Shown: positions 50,108 through 60,566 of the stretch, piece by piece | Numbering within the stretch: position 1 is the stretch's first letter | Layout of the letters: every line of letters starts with the position of its first letter | Assembly (NCBI GenBank): GCA_965222075.1 | Contig: OZ244937.1 | Span: forward strand, 480,001 to 544,000 | Reading direction: 5' to 3' | Source of the DNA: Candidatus Latescibacterota bacterium | Lineage (GTDB): Bacteria > Latescibacterota > UBA2968 > GCA-2709665 | Length of the DNA: 64,000 bases | Position numbers and translations under genes: made by a program | Notes under the pieces: generated by a model | The model's database searches: none | Told to the model about the DNA's origin: nothing | The model's input: the letters and a program-made list of their open reading frames with translations, nothing else

Positions 50108-51424
50108 CTACGCCCCTGCGTTCAGGCCTGCCTGCCGCGTCTGCGGCGCAGGCAGGCGCGCAAGTGCCCGGTGGCCGATGTCCTTCCGGCAGTACATGTC
50201 TTTGAATTCGATCTTTTCCACGGCCTGATAGGCCCGCTGGATGGATGCCGGGATGTTGTTACCAAGGGCGGTGACGCCGAGTATCCGGCCGCCGTTGGTG
50301 ACGAAGCGGCCGTCGCTTCCGGCCGTGCCTGCGTGGAAGAGGACCACGTCGTCGGGGGCTTCGGCCCGGTTGATGCCGGAGATGGGATAGCCCTTTTTGT
50401 AGTCGCCGGGATAGCCCCCCGAAGCGATGACAACGCAGGTGGCGGCGCGGTTGTCGATTTCGACGGAGACGTCCTTGAGATTGCCTTCACAGACGCCTGT
50501 GAGGAGGTCAACGAGGTCGGTTTTGAGCAGGGGGAGGACAACCTGGGCCTCGGGGTCTCCCAGGCGGCAGTTGAATTCGATGACTTTGGGGCCGTCGGGA
50601 GTCAGGATGATCCCGCCGTAGAGGATGCCTCTGTAGGGACGCCCCTCGGCGGCGAGGGCCTGCACCGTGGGCTGCATGATGCGGTCGTAGATTTCCTGCT
50701 GGAGCTCGGGGGTGACCACAGGGGCGGGCGCATAGGCGCCCATGCCGCCGGTGTTGGGGCCGGTGTCTCCCTCTCCGATGGTCTTGTGGTCCTGGGAGGG
50801 GACGAGGTAGACGATGTGCTCCCCGTCGGTGAAGCCAAAGATGGAAGCTTCCTCGCCTTCGAGCCATTCCATCAGGACCACCTTGTCTCCGGCCGCGCCG
50901 AAGACCCGATCGACCATGACCTTTTCGATGGCCCGGAACGCTGCGTCGGCTGTGGGACAGGGGATGGCGCCTTTGCCCATGGCCAGGCCGCTGGCTTTGA
51001 AGTAGAGGGGGCGGTCCCACTCCCGGACGCAGGCGCGGGCGGCTTCCGGGTCGGTAAATGATCGGTAGTCGCCGGTGGGGATGCCGTATTTGTGCATCAG
51101 TTCGAGGGCAAACTCTTTGTCGGCCTCGATCTGCGCGGCGGCCTGCGTGGGGCCGAAGATGGTGAGGCCGCTTTCCTGAAACCGGTCTACGATGCCGTCG
51201 GCCAGGGGGTTCTCCGGGCCGATGAGGGTGAGGTCGATGCCTTCCAGTTGGGCAAAAGCGAGGAGGCCGTCGATGTCTTCGGAGGCGATGTCCACACATT
51301 GGGCCTGCTGCGCCATCGCGGCATTTCCAGGAGCGGCGTAGAGCCTGGTTACTCTGGGGCTCTGGGCGATCTTCCAGACGAAGGTATGTTCGCGGCCTCC
51401 GGCGCCGACGATGAGGATCTTCAT
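50108..51424 (-). CDS. purD: Phosphoribosylamine-glycine ligase
   Basis: GAGGREH, GPNTGGMGAY, EFNCRLGDPE. 10 extra C-terminal aa come from a micro-insert. Confidence 0.97.
   Translation of the reverse strand: MKILIVGAGGREHTFVWKIAQSPRVTRLYAAPGNAAMAQQAQCVDIASEDIDGLLAFAQLEGIDLTLIGPENPLADGIVDRFQESGLTIFGPTQAAAQIEADKEFALELMHKYGIPTGDYRSFTDPEAARACVREWDRPLYFKASGLAMGKGAIPCPTADAAFRAIEKVMVDRVFGAAGDKVVLMEWLEGEEASIFGFTDGEHIVYLVPSQDHKTIGEGDTGPNTGGMGAYAPAPVVTPELQQEIYDRIMQPTVQALAAEGRPYRGILYGGIILTPDGPKVIEFNCRLGDPEAQVVLPLLKTDLVDLLTGVCEGNLKDVSVEIDNRAATCVVIASGGYPGDYKKGYPISGINRAEAPDDVVLFHAGTAGSDGRFVTNGGRILGVTALGNNIPASIQRAYQAVEKIEFKDMYCRKDIGHRALARLPAPQTRQAGLNAGA
50127..50156. repeat. Micro-insert, 30 bp, at G^C, in frame in purD
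   Basis: CCTGCCTGCCGCGTCTGCGGCGCAGGCAGG; removal gives RALARLNAGA*. Confidence 0.85.
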
Positions 51425-51482
51425 GCGATGGGCCTCCGGTTGTTCGAGGTTGGAGCGGCGACCGCGCCTCTACAGGTGTCCC

Positions 51483-52220
51483 TTATTTCTCTATTTCGTC
51501 TTCGGAGACCTGGGCGATGAGGGTGCCCACGTCTTCGCCTTGCAGGATGCGGCGCATGGAGCCCTGCCGGTCGAAGTCGAAGACGTGCATGGGGAGGTTG
51601 TTGTCGCGGGCGAGGAGGACGGCGGACTGGTCCAGCGCGCCCAGGTTGTCCCGGATGACGGTGGTGTAGTTGATCTTGAGATAGAGACGGGCATCGGGGT
51701 TGAGGTTCGGGTCGTCGGTGTAGATCCCGTTGGTTTTGTGTTTGGCATAGAAGATGGCGTCGGCGCGCATCTCCAGCGCCCGCTGGACGCCGGGGTAGTC
51801 CGTGGTGACGTAGGGGTTGCCGATGCCGCCCGCGAAGATGGTGAGGTAGCCTTTCTCCAGGTGGTGGATGGCCCTCAGCCGGATGTAAGGCTCGGCCACG
51901 GTATTGATCGGAATGGCGGTCATAACGCGCACTTCGACGTTGCCTCTGGCGGTAAGCACGCCACGCAGCATCAGGCTGTTGATGATGGTGCCCAGCATGC
52001 CGATGTTGTGGGCTTCGGCCTCTTCGATGCCCCACTGGGTGCCCAGGCTGCCTTTGAAGATGTTGCCGCCGCCGATGACCACACCCACCTGGACGCCGAG
52101 TGCGTGGATGCCGAGGATTTCGTCGGCGATGTAGTTGAGGGCGTTGGGATCGAAGCCGAATTCCTGTTTTCCGGAAACAGCGCCGCCGCTGAGTTTGAGT
52201 ATGACGCATTTGTATCTCAT
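51483..52220 (-). CDS. pyrH: UMP kinase (divergent type)
   Basis: LKLSG, GGGNIF, GMLGT.IN, GNPYVTTD. Confidence 0.8.
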   Translation of the reverse strand: MRYKCVILKLSGGAVSGKQEFGFDPNALNYIADEILGIHALGVQVGVVIGGGNIFKGSLGTQWGIEEAEAHNIGMLGTIINSLMLRGVLTARGNVEVRVMTAIPINTVAEPYIRLRAIHHLEKGYLTIFAGGIGNPYVTTDYPGVQRALEMRADAIFYAKHKTNGIYTDDPNLNPDARLYLKINYTTVIRDNLGALDQSAVLLARDNNLPMHVFDFDRQGSMRRILQGEDVGTLIAQVSEDEIEK

Positions 52221-52461
52221 TGCGCAGGACGTCTCCCACGGTTTGGTTGGTAAGTTTCACTCACAGGCTTAAATATAGACACACAACGGCCGGTGTCAAC
52301 GAAATTCAGGGGCGAGAGGCCTGGGACGTGAAGCTTGTTGACCCACCGGTCCCGGGTCCCGGGTCTCTGCCTTTTGAATTGGGTTGACTTTTTACGGGTT
52401 TTTTCCAATTATGGGGATATCGGTGCGGACAGATACGGTTGATGCGCGAAAGGAGGGCCCT

Positions 52462-53268
52462 ATGGCTCCAACAAAGGTTCTGGTGACGGGCGTTTACGGT
52501 CTGATTGCCGGGGCGATTTACAATCGGTTCAAAGAACAGCCCGAGAAGTACGATGTGTGCGCTCTGGCCCGGAGGCGGCAGCCGTCGGACCGGGCGCCGG
52601 ACGGGCGGGCGCTTGAGGTTCCGGATGAACGGTTTTTCTTAGCCGATTTGTCAGACAAAGAGGCGGTGCGGCGGGCGGTTGAGGGGATGGAGGTGGTGGT
52701 GCAGATGGCGGCCGACCCCAGGCCGGAGGCGGGCTGGGAGCAGATCCTGACAAGCAATGTTATTGGCGCATACCACGTGTTTGAGGCAAGCCGGCTGGCC
52801 GGGGTGAGGCGCGTGGTCTACGCCAGTTCGGTGATGGCGTCCTGGGGCTACCAGTTCGATGAGCCTTACAGGGCGATCAAGGAATGCCGGTTTGAGGACG
52901 TGCCGGACGAGATTCCGATGGTGCGGCACACCGATCCCCCCCGGCCCACGGAGCCCTATTCGGCGAGCAAGGTGTGGGGTGAGGCCTTAGCGAGGACGTA
53001 CTCGGACGTGCACGGGCTGTCCTGCATCTGTCTGAGGATCGGGTGGGTGAATGCGGAAGACCGGCCCTGGAAGCCGGACCTGGCGGCGGTCTGGTGCAGC
53101 CAGCGGGATATCGTGCAGCTTGTGGAGCGGTGCGTGGATGCGCCGGAGGAGATCCGGTTCGATGTTTTCTACGGGGTTTCCGACAACCGGTACCGCTGGG
53201 TGGATACCGACCGTGCCCGTGGGGCCGTGGGGTTTGCGCCTCAGGACCGGGCGGAGGACTCCATGTAA
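52462..53268 (+). CDS. NAD-dependent epimerase/dehydratase (uronate dehydrogenase-like)
   Basis: TGVYGLIA, YASS, YSASK, LRIG. Confidence 0.85.
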   Translation: MAPTKVLVTGVYGLIAGAIYNRFKEQPEKYDVCALARRRQPSDRAPDGRALEVPDERFFLADLSDKEAVRRAVEGMEVVVQMAADPRPEAGWEQILTSNVIGAYHVFEASRLAGVRRVVYASSVMASWGYQFDEPYRAIKECRFEDVPDEIPMVRHTDPPRPTEPYSASKVWGEALARTYSDVHGLSCICLRIGWVNAEDRPWKPDLAAVWCSQRDIVQLVERCVDAPEEIRFDVFYGVSDNRYRWVDTDRARGAVGFAPQDRAEDSM

Positions 53269-53345
53269 AAGGGGTGAGTGGCAGGCACGCTTATCTCGTA
53301 CCTCACGATGCTCTCTGGAGAAGAAACAAGAGGAAAGGAGAAAGG

Positions 53346-54545
53346 ATGTCAACCCTACGTCTTGCCGTAGTCGGCGTGGGCGCCTACGCGTCTTCGCGGG
53401 CGCGGGGGTACCTGACGACCATTGTGAAGCTGACCGATCTGTACACGCTGTGCGCGATTTGCGATCATAGTGAGGCGTCGCTGCAGGCCGCGGGCGATCT
53501 CTTGGGAGTGAAGGCGCGATATACCGATTTTGAGGTGATGCTTTGGGAGGAGAAGCCGGACGTGGTTTTTGTCCTGGTGCCCACCGACGGGCAGACCGTT
53601 CTGGCGCTTACGGCAGTGAGCCACGGGTGTCATATTATTACCGAAATCCCGTATGCGCTCACGCTCTCCCTGGGGGATGCGATCACAGAGGCGTGCCGGG
53701 AGAAGGGCGTGGTGTGGGAGGTGGCCGAGAATGTGTGGCAGTGGCCTCAGGAAGGGTTGAAGCAGAAGATCGTCCGGGAAGGGCTGCTGGGGAAGATCAC
53801 CCATGCGCGGCTGTGGTACGCGGCCGGGAGTTATCACGGGATCAACGGCATCCGGATGATATTGGGCAGGGAAGCGCGGCGCGCAATGGGGTATGCCCAG
53901 GCCGTTGATGTGCCGCCCTACGAGAATTACGGCGACCAGCCCGAGACGACCCGGTGGTGGGAGAGCGGCACGATTGAGTTTGAAGGGGATGTGACGTGTC
54001 TCTACGAGATGCCGCCAAGCCCGGGCGCGCGGAGCAGCCACTGGGAGGTCGAGGGTATGGAGGGGTATCTCTCGGACAGCGAGCTGGTGCTTTACCAGGA
54101 TGGGAAAAGGGCGTCGTATCCGTTCCGGGACATTTACGAGGAGATCGACGGCGAGCGGGTGCTTGCGGCGGTGCAGGTGGATACGGACCCGCCCGTGGTA
54201 TGGGAGAATCCGTTCAAGCAGCAGAAGGTTTCCGAAAAGGACGATGTGGCGAAGGCAGCCATTTTGAACAGTTTGCACCGGGCGGTCACAGCGGGCGTCG
54301 AGCCCGAGTACGGCGCAGCAAACGCGCGGCGAGATATGGAGCTGTGGATTGCGATGCGTGAGAGTGGAGAGCGCGGCAGCGTGTGGCTGGATCTGCCGCT
54401 TGGTGAGACGACGGCGTTGGAACGCCGCATTCGCGCCGAATACGTGCATCGGTACGGGGGCGACCCGGTAGCGGACCGGGCAGCGTTGCTGGACGCGCCG
54501 TTCAACCGGTTGAGTGTGATGTGGACGATCGCCGGGTGGTTGTAA
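53346..54545 (+). CDS. Gfo/Idh/MocA oxidoreductase
   Basis: VVGVG, EIP, AENV, SYHG. Confidence 0.8.
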   Translation: MSTLRLAVVGVGAYASSRARGYLTTIVKLTDLYTLCAICDHSEASLQAAGDLLGVKARYTDFEVMLWEEKPDVVFVLVPTDGQTVLALTAVSHGCHIITEIPYALTLSLGDAITEACREKGVVWEVAENVWQWPQEGLKQKIVREGLLGKITHARLWYAAGSYHGINGIRMILGREARRAMGYAQAVDVPPYENYGDQPETTRWWESGTIEFEGDVTCLYEMPPSPGARSSHWEVEGMEGYLSDSELVLYQDGKRASYPFRDIYEEIDGERVLAAVQVDTDPPVVWENPFKQQKVSEKDDVAKAAILNSLHRAVTAGVEPEYGAANARRDMELWIAMRESGERGSVWLDLPLGETTALERRIRAEYVHRYGGDPVADRAALLDAPFNRLSVMWTIAGWL

Positions 54546-54577
54546 AGACGATCCGAACAGGAGGAAGAAAACCGGCC

Positions 54578-54667
54578 ATGGAGGGAAATCTGTTTTCCGG
54601 CAAGGTGGCGCTGGTGACGGGGGCCAGCAGCGGGTGCGGAGACGTGAAAAGAAAACCGGGAAAATAG
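54578..54667 (+). pseudogene. SDR oxidoreductase N-terminal stub
   Basis: MEGNLFSGKVALVTGASSGCG, then an immediate stop. Confidence 0.6.
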
Positions 54668-54672
54668 AACAC

Positions 54673-54701
54673 TTGACACAGATGGAAACGTGATATATTT
54701 T
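54673..54701 (+). promoter_or_regulatory. sigma70 promoter of the tRNA pair
   Basis: TTGACA-17-TATTTT. Confidence 0.55.
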
Positions 54702-54730
54702 TAATCATGTCTAAGCACAGAGAACAGGAA

Positions 54731-54805
54731 GGCGGCGTAGCCAAGTGGTAAGGCAGGGGCCTGCAAAGCCCTCATTCGGCGGTTCGAGTCCGCCCGCCGC
54801 CTCCA
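54731..54805 (+). tRNA. tRNA-Cys(GCA)
   Basis: Cloverleaf, anticodon loop CTGCAAA, GGTTCGAGTCC, CCA end. Confidence 0.95.
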
Positions 54806-54825
54806 TTTTTTTACGGATTTTTAAT

Positions 54826-54912
54826 GCCGGGGTGATGGAATAGGTAGACATCGAGGACTTAAAATCCTCTGGGTTTCGGCCCGTACCGGTTCGAGTCCGG
54901 TCCCCGGCACCA
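54826..54912 (+). tRNA. tRNA-Leu(TAA)
   Basis: Anticodon loop CTTAAAA, long variable arm, GGTTCGAGTCC, CCA end. Confidence 0.95.
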
Positions 54913-54999
54913 GGCTTTCGGAGAATCTGACGTATATACTGCTGCCCCTCCGGCGCTCCGGGTCGGAGGGGCAGCGAGATTATCTTTTAAGAAAGGGAG

Positions 55000-56277
55000 A
55001 TGAACAAGATGTCAACCAACGAAAGAGTCGGCGCCAATGTGACCAAGAGCACTTACATAAAAAGCGATGGACTTCATGCGTTTTACGCAGGGGGGCAAAC
55101 CTACGCGGGTGTGACAGGCGAAAGGATCTTTGAAACCGTTACTTCCGAAGTCCTTCACTGGGTCACCCATGAAAATGGGAACACAACCCTTGATGCCTGT
55201 TACGACGGAACGTGGTTGAGGGTTTCCGAAGACAACGGATCACACTGGACTGATTGCGGGGACAGGGTTCGTTTTGACACCGAAAGCACCGAAGAACAGA
55301 TGATGCCGTCCGGTTTCAGTCTGGATGAGAAAAACGATATCCTGTTGCGTTTTTTCCGGGGGCAGAAGGCCGACAGGAATTGCTACGGTTACATCAATCA
55401 GGGAACGTACCGGGGGTTCTACAGCATATCGAGGGACCAGGGCGAGACATGGAGCGACCCGGTGCAGATTGTAGATAGGGGTAAGGGTTATGATGCTGTT
55501 TCCTGGGGTCCGGGTTTTGAATATGGAGCGCGTGGCGGCATCCTTAACGGCGACCATTGTGTCTGGATGGAAGACGGGTCTGTGGTGGCGCCTTTTACAG
55601 AGTATGAAAGATTGGATGGGTCCAAACCCTGGTTCTTCCGGGTCATTTGCGCCAGGGGATATTGGAAGGAGGATATGAGCGGCCTGGACTGGGTGTTTGG
55701 AAGTGTAATTGAGGTTGGCCTGGACAAAGCCACTTCAGGGTGCTGTGAGCCCACGATCACCGTACTGGGTGGCAACAGGTTGTTCCTCACCACACGGTGT
55801 CAGGGCGGTGAGAAGGAGGGTCTTTATTCCACCCGGTATTCCGCTGTTTCGGAGGATGGGGGGATGACCTGGACCGCGCCCGAGCCGATGCTGTATGACG
55901 ATGGGACCACCGTCTGGACCCCGGCCTCCGTTTCAGCATTTTATGAATCGTCAAAAACAGGCAAAACGTATTGGATCGCCAATATTCTGGATGGACCTGT
56001 TTTCGGGCAGACGCCTCGATATCCATTGAAGATAGCTGAATTTGACCCGGGCAACATCTGTATTGTGAAAAACTCGGTTCGGCTGATCCAGGATAGGCCG
56101 GACGATGCGCATGAATTGGTGAGATATACCAACTTCGGAAGTTACGAGGACAGAAGCACAGGCAACCTCATGATCACGCTCCCCGAACAGTACCGGCGCA
56201 TGGGCTGGGATGACATGGAGCAACCGGAAGACTTTGCGGCAGATTGTGTTAAATACACAGTAGAGATTGAGGGGTAG
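55000..56277 (+). CDS. BNR/Asp-box (sialidase-like) propeller protein
   Basis: SEDNGSHW, SRDQGETW, SEDGGMTW; lower GC. Confidence 0.75.
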   Translation: MNKMSTNERVGANVTKSTYIKSDGLHAFYAGGQTYAGVTGERIFETVTSEVLHWVTHENGNTTLDACYDGTWLRVSEDNGSHWTDCGDRVRFDTESTEEQMMPSGFSLDEKNDILLRFFRGQKADRNCYGYINQGTYRGFYSISRDQGETWSDPVQIVDRGKGYDAVSWGPGFEYGARGGILNGDHCVWMEDGSVVAPFTEYERLDGSKPWFFRVICARGYWKEDMSGLDWVFGSVIEVGLDKATSGCCEPTITVLGGNRLFLTTRCQGGEKEGLYSTRYSAVSEDGGMTWTAPEPMLYDDGTTVWTPASVSAFYESSKTGKTYWIANILDGPVFGQTPRYPLKIAEFDPGNICIVKNSVRLIQDRPDDAHELVRYTNFGSYEDRSTGNLMITLPEQYRRMGWDDMEQPEDFAADCVKYTVEIEG

Positions 56278-56318
56278 GGTGAATCTCTCTGCCTTTTTCC
56301 CGCGAGGGAGGGACTTGG

Positions 56319-57392
56319 GTGAAGTATGCTGAGCTGGACACGCCGGCATTGCTGCTGGATCAGGATGTGCTTGAGGCAAATATCGCAGCGATGGCCGACT
56401 TTTTTCGTGGTCGGGCGACGAACCTCCGGGCACACGTGAAGACCCACAAGTGTCCGGCGATCGCCTTAGCTCAGATTGATGCGGGCGCGGTTGGTGTGTG
56501 CTGCCAGAAGCTGGGCGAAGCGGAAGTGATGTGCGCGGCCGGTATTGGGGACATTCTCGTTACGAACCAGGTCGTTGGCACGCGCAAGATCGAGCGCCTG
56601 CTCAGGTTGCCCCGGGAGGCTGATGTAAAGGTGGCCGTCGACTCGGCCGAGAACGTCGAGAGCCTCGGATCAGCGGGAGAGCAGGCCGGACGTGAGATCC
56701 CGGTCGTCATCGAGCTTGACCTGGGAATGGGGCGATCGGGGGTAAGGCCGGGACAGCCGGCGGTGGAACTGGCGCGGGTCGTCGAGGGCACTGACGGAGT
56801 GACGCTGGCCGGCTTGATGGGGTTTGAAGGACACTGTGTGGACGTCCCGGACCCGACGCAGCGCCGGATGGAGACGGAGCGCGCCAACGCTTTGCTGGTG
56901 GATACGGCCGATCTGGTGCGCCAGGCAGGGGTCGGTGTGCGGATCGTAAGCGCCGGAGGCACCGGTACCTACAACATGACCGGCTCCCGCTCCGGAATCA
57001 CCGAGGTCGAGGCAGGCTCATATGTTTTTATGGATACCTCCTACCGGGACGTGCTCCAGGACTTTGATGTCGCCCTGACCGTCCTGGGGACCGTAACCAG
57101 CAGACCGGCTGCCAACCGGGTCACGCTTGACTGTGGTTCGAAAACCCTTGCCGGCGACTTCGGTACGCCTGCGATCATGGATCTTCCCGGACGCATGGAT
57201 TGCCAGCTATCCGAGGAGCACGCGTCTTTCACCTATCTGGAGCCGTTGAGCGGGGTCCGGGTCGGAGACAAGCTGCGCGTGATTCCGGCGCACTGTTGCA
57301 GTACGGTCAACCTCCACGACGAGTACAATGTACTGAGCGGTGAGGACGTCGTGGGGGCGTGGCGCATCAGCGCGGCGCGAAAGACCCAATAG
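56319..57392 (+). CDS. DSD1/D-threonine aldolase-like PLP enzyme
   Basis: TPALL, RAHVKTHK, AGGTG, EAGSY, SEEH, PAHCC.TVNLHD. Confidence 0.9.
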   Translation: MKYAELDTPALLLDQDVLEANIAAMADFFRGRATNLRAHVKTHKCPAIALAQIDAGAVGVCCQKLGEAEVMCAAGIGDILVTNQVVGTRKIERLLRLPREADVKVAVDSAENVESLGSAGEQAGREIPVVIELDLGMGRSGVRPGQPAVELARVVEGTDGVTLAGLMGFEGHCVDVPDPTQRRMETERANALLVDTADLVRQAGVGVRIVSAGGTGTYNMTGSRSGITEVEAGSYVFMDTSYRDVLQDFDVALTVLGTVTSRPAANRVTLDCGSKTLAGDFGTPAIMDLPGRMDCQLSEEHASFTYLEPLSGVRVGDKLRVIPAHCCSTVNLHDEYNVLSGEDVVGAWRISAARKTQ

Positions 57393-57404
57393 GCCACCGG
57401 GAGG

Positions 57405-57775
57405 CCTGCCTGCTGCAGGCTTTTATGGGGGATCACAAAGTTGTAGAGGCTGACGATCAACCAGATTCGTCCCCGATGGCGAGAGGCAGACCAGGACAGA
57501 CAGCGACTACGGCGCCGCGGGGGCTGCTTTTCCGCGAACTGCCCCTGTGGTGGTATCAGGCGGTTGTGCCCAGCGGACGTTTTGGGCGTTTTTGGGCGGA
57601 GGTGCTGGGGGGATCTGCGCGGAAAAGCCCCTTCCCCCCGCACCATTTGCGTGGGCACCCCTCGTGGTTGTCCACGCCGTTGCATTTGTAGGGGCAACCC
57701 TCGTGGTTGCCCACCAGGCGAGGGCTGATGCGGTGGGGGGGCGTCAGCCCGCAGGCGCGCCGGTGGGGGGATCGC
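57405..57775. repeat. REP cluster
   Basis: Truncated CCTGCCTGCTGCAGGC (57405), element shared with 6598-6722, GTAGGGGCAACCCTCGTGGTTGCCC (57688-57712). Confidence 0.75.
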
Positions 57776-57837
57776 AGAGACGAGACGCGTGAGCGGGCGT
57801 GTACGGTTACAGCACAAGTCTGTCAGCGCAGCTATTT

Positions 57838-58113
57838 TCATCTAATGGGTGCCCCGAAGGGCGCATGACAACTTCTTGAGAAATCGTCTCGGACCGCCAA
57901 AGACCACGCGGGTGGTGACCACCTGCGCATAAAACAGGTGGTCAAGTCCACCTGAATGCGGAGTTGCTTTGCTTTGGCGTCTAACCTTGCTGCTGTCCTG
58001 CTTGGGACCACGTAGAACTCGAGAAATGCGACGGAGGAAATGAGAACCAGCAGGCTCAAGATGGTCAGCTTGGGCAGCCATCGGTGCAACGTGGCTTTCA
58101 GGCGTTCATTCAT
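57838..58113 (-). CDS. Small single-TM hypothetical protein or gene fragment
   Basis: MNERLK..LTILSLLVLISSVAFLEFYVV hydrophobic segment. Confidence 0.35.
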   Translation of the reverse strand: MNERLKATLHRWLPKLTILSLLVLISSVAFLEFYVVPSRTAARLDAKAKQLRIQVDLTTCFMRRWSPPAWSLAVRDDFSRSCHAPFGAPIR

Positions 58114-58128
58114 GGAGTCGCTCCCTTC

Positions 58129-58177
58129 TTTCGTGGTCGGGCGGCGAACCTCCGGGCACACGTGAAGACCCACAAGT
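58129..58177 (+). repeat. 49-bp copy of 56403-56451 (DSD1 gene)
   Basis: One mismatch in 49 bp. Confidence 0.85.
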
Positions 58178-58178
58178 A

Positions 58179-60455
58179 CTACCCCGTCGCGTCCTGCGCC
58201 TGCAGCAACTCCGCCACTTCCGCATGCCCCATCTTCTCCGCCCAGGCCAATGGAGTCGCCCATGGCTTGTCGTCCGGGAGGCTGGTCGCCGCCCCGCGCT
58301 CCAGCAAAAACGCCACCACCTTCCCGTGCCCGTACCGCGCGTGCAGGCCCAGGGGCGTCGCCTTCATCTCATCGTCTCTGGCATTGATATCTGCCCCGTT
58401 GTTCAGAAGCACGCTGGTGAGCGCGATCATCGCCTCCTCGCTGTTGTTCCACCGGCCGTTCCGCCACCCGCATCCCTGGGTCCGGTGCAGAAGCGTCTCA
58501 TTCTCCTTATCCCTCAGGTTTGGATTCACCCCGTGGTCGAGCACCATCTGCAGAATCTGGAGTTTGCCCTCCCGGTTTTCGTCACCGAACCGGAGCGCCT
58601 CCCACATCACTTCGAACCACTCCCGGTCCTCCATCTCCGGCTTCTTCTCCAAACACATCTGCACAAGGCTCGTATCGCCAAAATACATTCCCCAGCGCAG
58701 CACCTGCTTCAATATGTCTCCGTGCCCCTCTTTCAGCTTCTCGGCTGGCGAAGGGGCCGCGGCCTGGTGGTCCAGGAGTTCGCCGATCACCAGGTAATTC
58801 CGATGCTTCACATAGGTGAAAATCAGCGGTCGTCCGCCGTTGATAAAGATGCGGTTCGCCAACGCCTCATCTCCGCATTCGTACGCCGCGTCCGCCACCG
58901 CTGGACAGGCGTAAACCGGCGGCGTATCCGCCCGCGCGCCCCGGTCCAGCAGCAGGTGGGCAATATCAAAATGTCTCTTGTGAATCGCAAAAAGCAGCGG
59001 TACGCCGGCCTCTCTATATCCATCAGGTTTATCACCCGTCATATTCTCCGCATCCGGATCGGCACCATAATCCAGCAGCAGTCGAACGACCTCCAGATGG
59101 CCCTGGTGCGCAGCAAGCGAAAGAGGAAACACCTTCCCGCCCGGATTGACCGACTTGACCCCATTGTGGAAATTGGCCAGGCCGGCATCCCCCTCCAGCA
59201 TCTCCCGTACTCCATCTTCATCGCCCAGCGCGCTTGCAACCCAGATATCGTAGTCCGCGCCCATCCCCAGGAGCAAACCGGCCATTGCGTGATCGGACTC
59301 CTTCAGAAAGGGTGGAGCCCCACCCATGCCTTTGAAAAGGGCCAGGTGGATCGGCCGTTCTCCGTCCACATTCCGCCGGTCCACCTCCGCGCCGTTCTCC
59401 AAGAGCAAGTTCGCCATCTGCAAACGGCGCCCTATCACAGCGTGGTGCAGAGCGGTGTTTCCCTGTTCGTCAGTCTCGTGAATAGTCGAAGGGTCGTCCT
59501 CTAAAATCTCCCGGACCCTGTCCGTATCTCCCCTGTTCGCCGCCCCGCACAACTCCTCGCCGCGGGAAGTTGTCCCCCGGTTCTTGCTCAGCCATTCCTC
59601 GATAGCCTCCACAACCCTCGAATGCTCCCGGTCCCGCGCAAGCGTCAGCGGGCTGGTCGCCTCCCGGTTTGGATACACCCCCTGGAGGGGGTTCGCACCT
59701 GCCTCCAGGAGAATGCGTACCACCTCTGCGTGCCCTTCGCGAGCCGCATAATGGATCGGCTTCCGCTTGTGATCCGGATGGGCCGCAGAAGCCAGTTCCG
59801 GCTCCAACTCCAGAATCTGCACCACACGCCCCAGGTCTCCGGCCTGCGCCGCATTGCACATTCCCACCGCCGTCACAAATCCATTGACCCGCGATGGCGC
59901 TGCATCGTGAAGCCTCTTCTTCGCCATATCCAGCATCCTTATTTTGAGCCGCTTTCGAGCCGCCCGCAGCCGGTTGTTCACCGTTGTCGTCGGCAGGTTC
60001 AGGAACGCGGCAATCTCTTTGTGTGAGTATCCGCCGATGTAGAACAGCGTGGTCACCACCCGCTCCTCTCCCGGTAGCGCATCCAGCGCCCGGAGCACCC
60101 GGTCCTTCACCTCCCTGTCCTCCATCGCCTCTATCGGGTCCTGCGCTTCCACAGCCACCTCCCCCACCGCATCCATCGGAACCGTCTCAACACCGCGGCC
60201 ACGGGTAAACCGCGTGCACCGCATAAACACGATCCGACGGAACCAGCAGGGGAAGGCTTCGGGATTTCGTAGTTTCGGCAGGTCCAGGTACGCGCCTAAA
60301 AACGCCTCCTGCGCCGCGTCCTCCGCTAAGTGAAAATCTCCCACCAGGGAATAGGCGTAACCTACCGCCATATCCTGGAACCGCCGAACAATCGAATTGT
60401 AAGCGTTCAGGTCCCCGGCTTGCGCCCGGGTAACCAGTCCATTCAATGCATCCAT
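58179..60455 (-). CDS. ECF sigma factor with a long ankyrin-repeat C-terminal extension
   Basis: AEDAAQEAF..FPCWF (region 2), GYSHKEIA..TVNNRLRAARKRL (region 4), many TALH/PLH..G..EVV..LL..GA repeats. Confidence 0.9.
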   Translation of the reverse strand: MDALNGLVTRAQAGDLNAYNSIVRRFQDMAVGYAYSLVGDFHLAEDAAQEAFLGAYLDLPKLRNPEAFPCWFRRIVFMRCTRFTRGRGVETVPMDAVGEVAVEAQDPIEAMEDREVKDRVLRALDALPGEERVVTTLFYIGGYSHKEIAAFLNLPTTTVNNRLRAARKRLKIRMLDMAKKRLHDAAPSRVNGFVTAVGMCNAAQAGDLGRVVQILELEPELASAAHPDHKRKPIHYAAREGHAEVVRILLEAGANPLQGVYPNREATSPLTLARDREHSRVVEAIEEWLSKNRGTTSRGEELCGAANRGDTDRVREILEDDPSTIHETDEQGNTALHHAVIGRRLQMANLLLENGAEVDRRNVDGERPIHLALFKGMGGAPPFLKESDHAMAGLLLGMGADYDIWVASALGDEDGVREMLEGDAGLANFHNGVKSVNPGGKVFPLSLAAHQGHLEVVRLLLDYGADPDAENMTGDKPDGYREAGVPLLFAIHKRHFDIAHLLLDRGARADTPPVYACPAVADAAYECGDEALANRIFINGGRPLIFTYVKHRNYLVIGELLDHQAAAPSPAEKLKEGHGDILKQVLRWGMYFGDTSLVQMCLEKKPEMEDREWFEVMWEALRFGDENREGKLQILQMVLDHGVNPNLRDKENETLLHRTQGCGWRNGRWNNSEEAMIALTSVLLNNGADINARDDEMKATPLGLHARYGHGKVVAFLLERGAATSLPDDKPWATPLAWAEKMGHAEVAELLQAQDATG

Positions 60456-60566
60456 CCCACGCTCTCATTCCTGTTCGTCCACAGAAGGCCTTCTATAAAT
60501 AAAGCACCGCCTCAGGGAGAAATTGGTAAAAAATTCACCGTACTACCGAATTTTGAGTCTGTAGAT

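Noticed and set aside
54731-57400. tRNA-anchored integrative element
   Set aside because: No integrase or duplicated tRNA 3' end was found in the window, despite the lower-GC gene next to the tRNAs.
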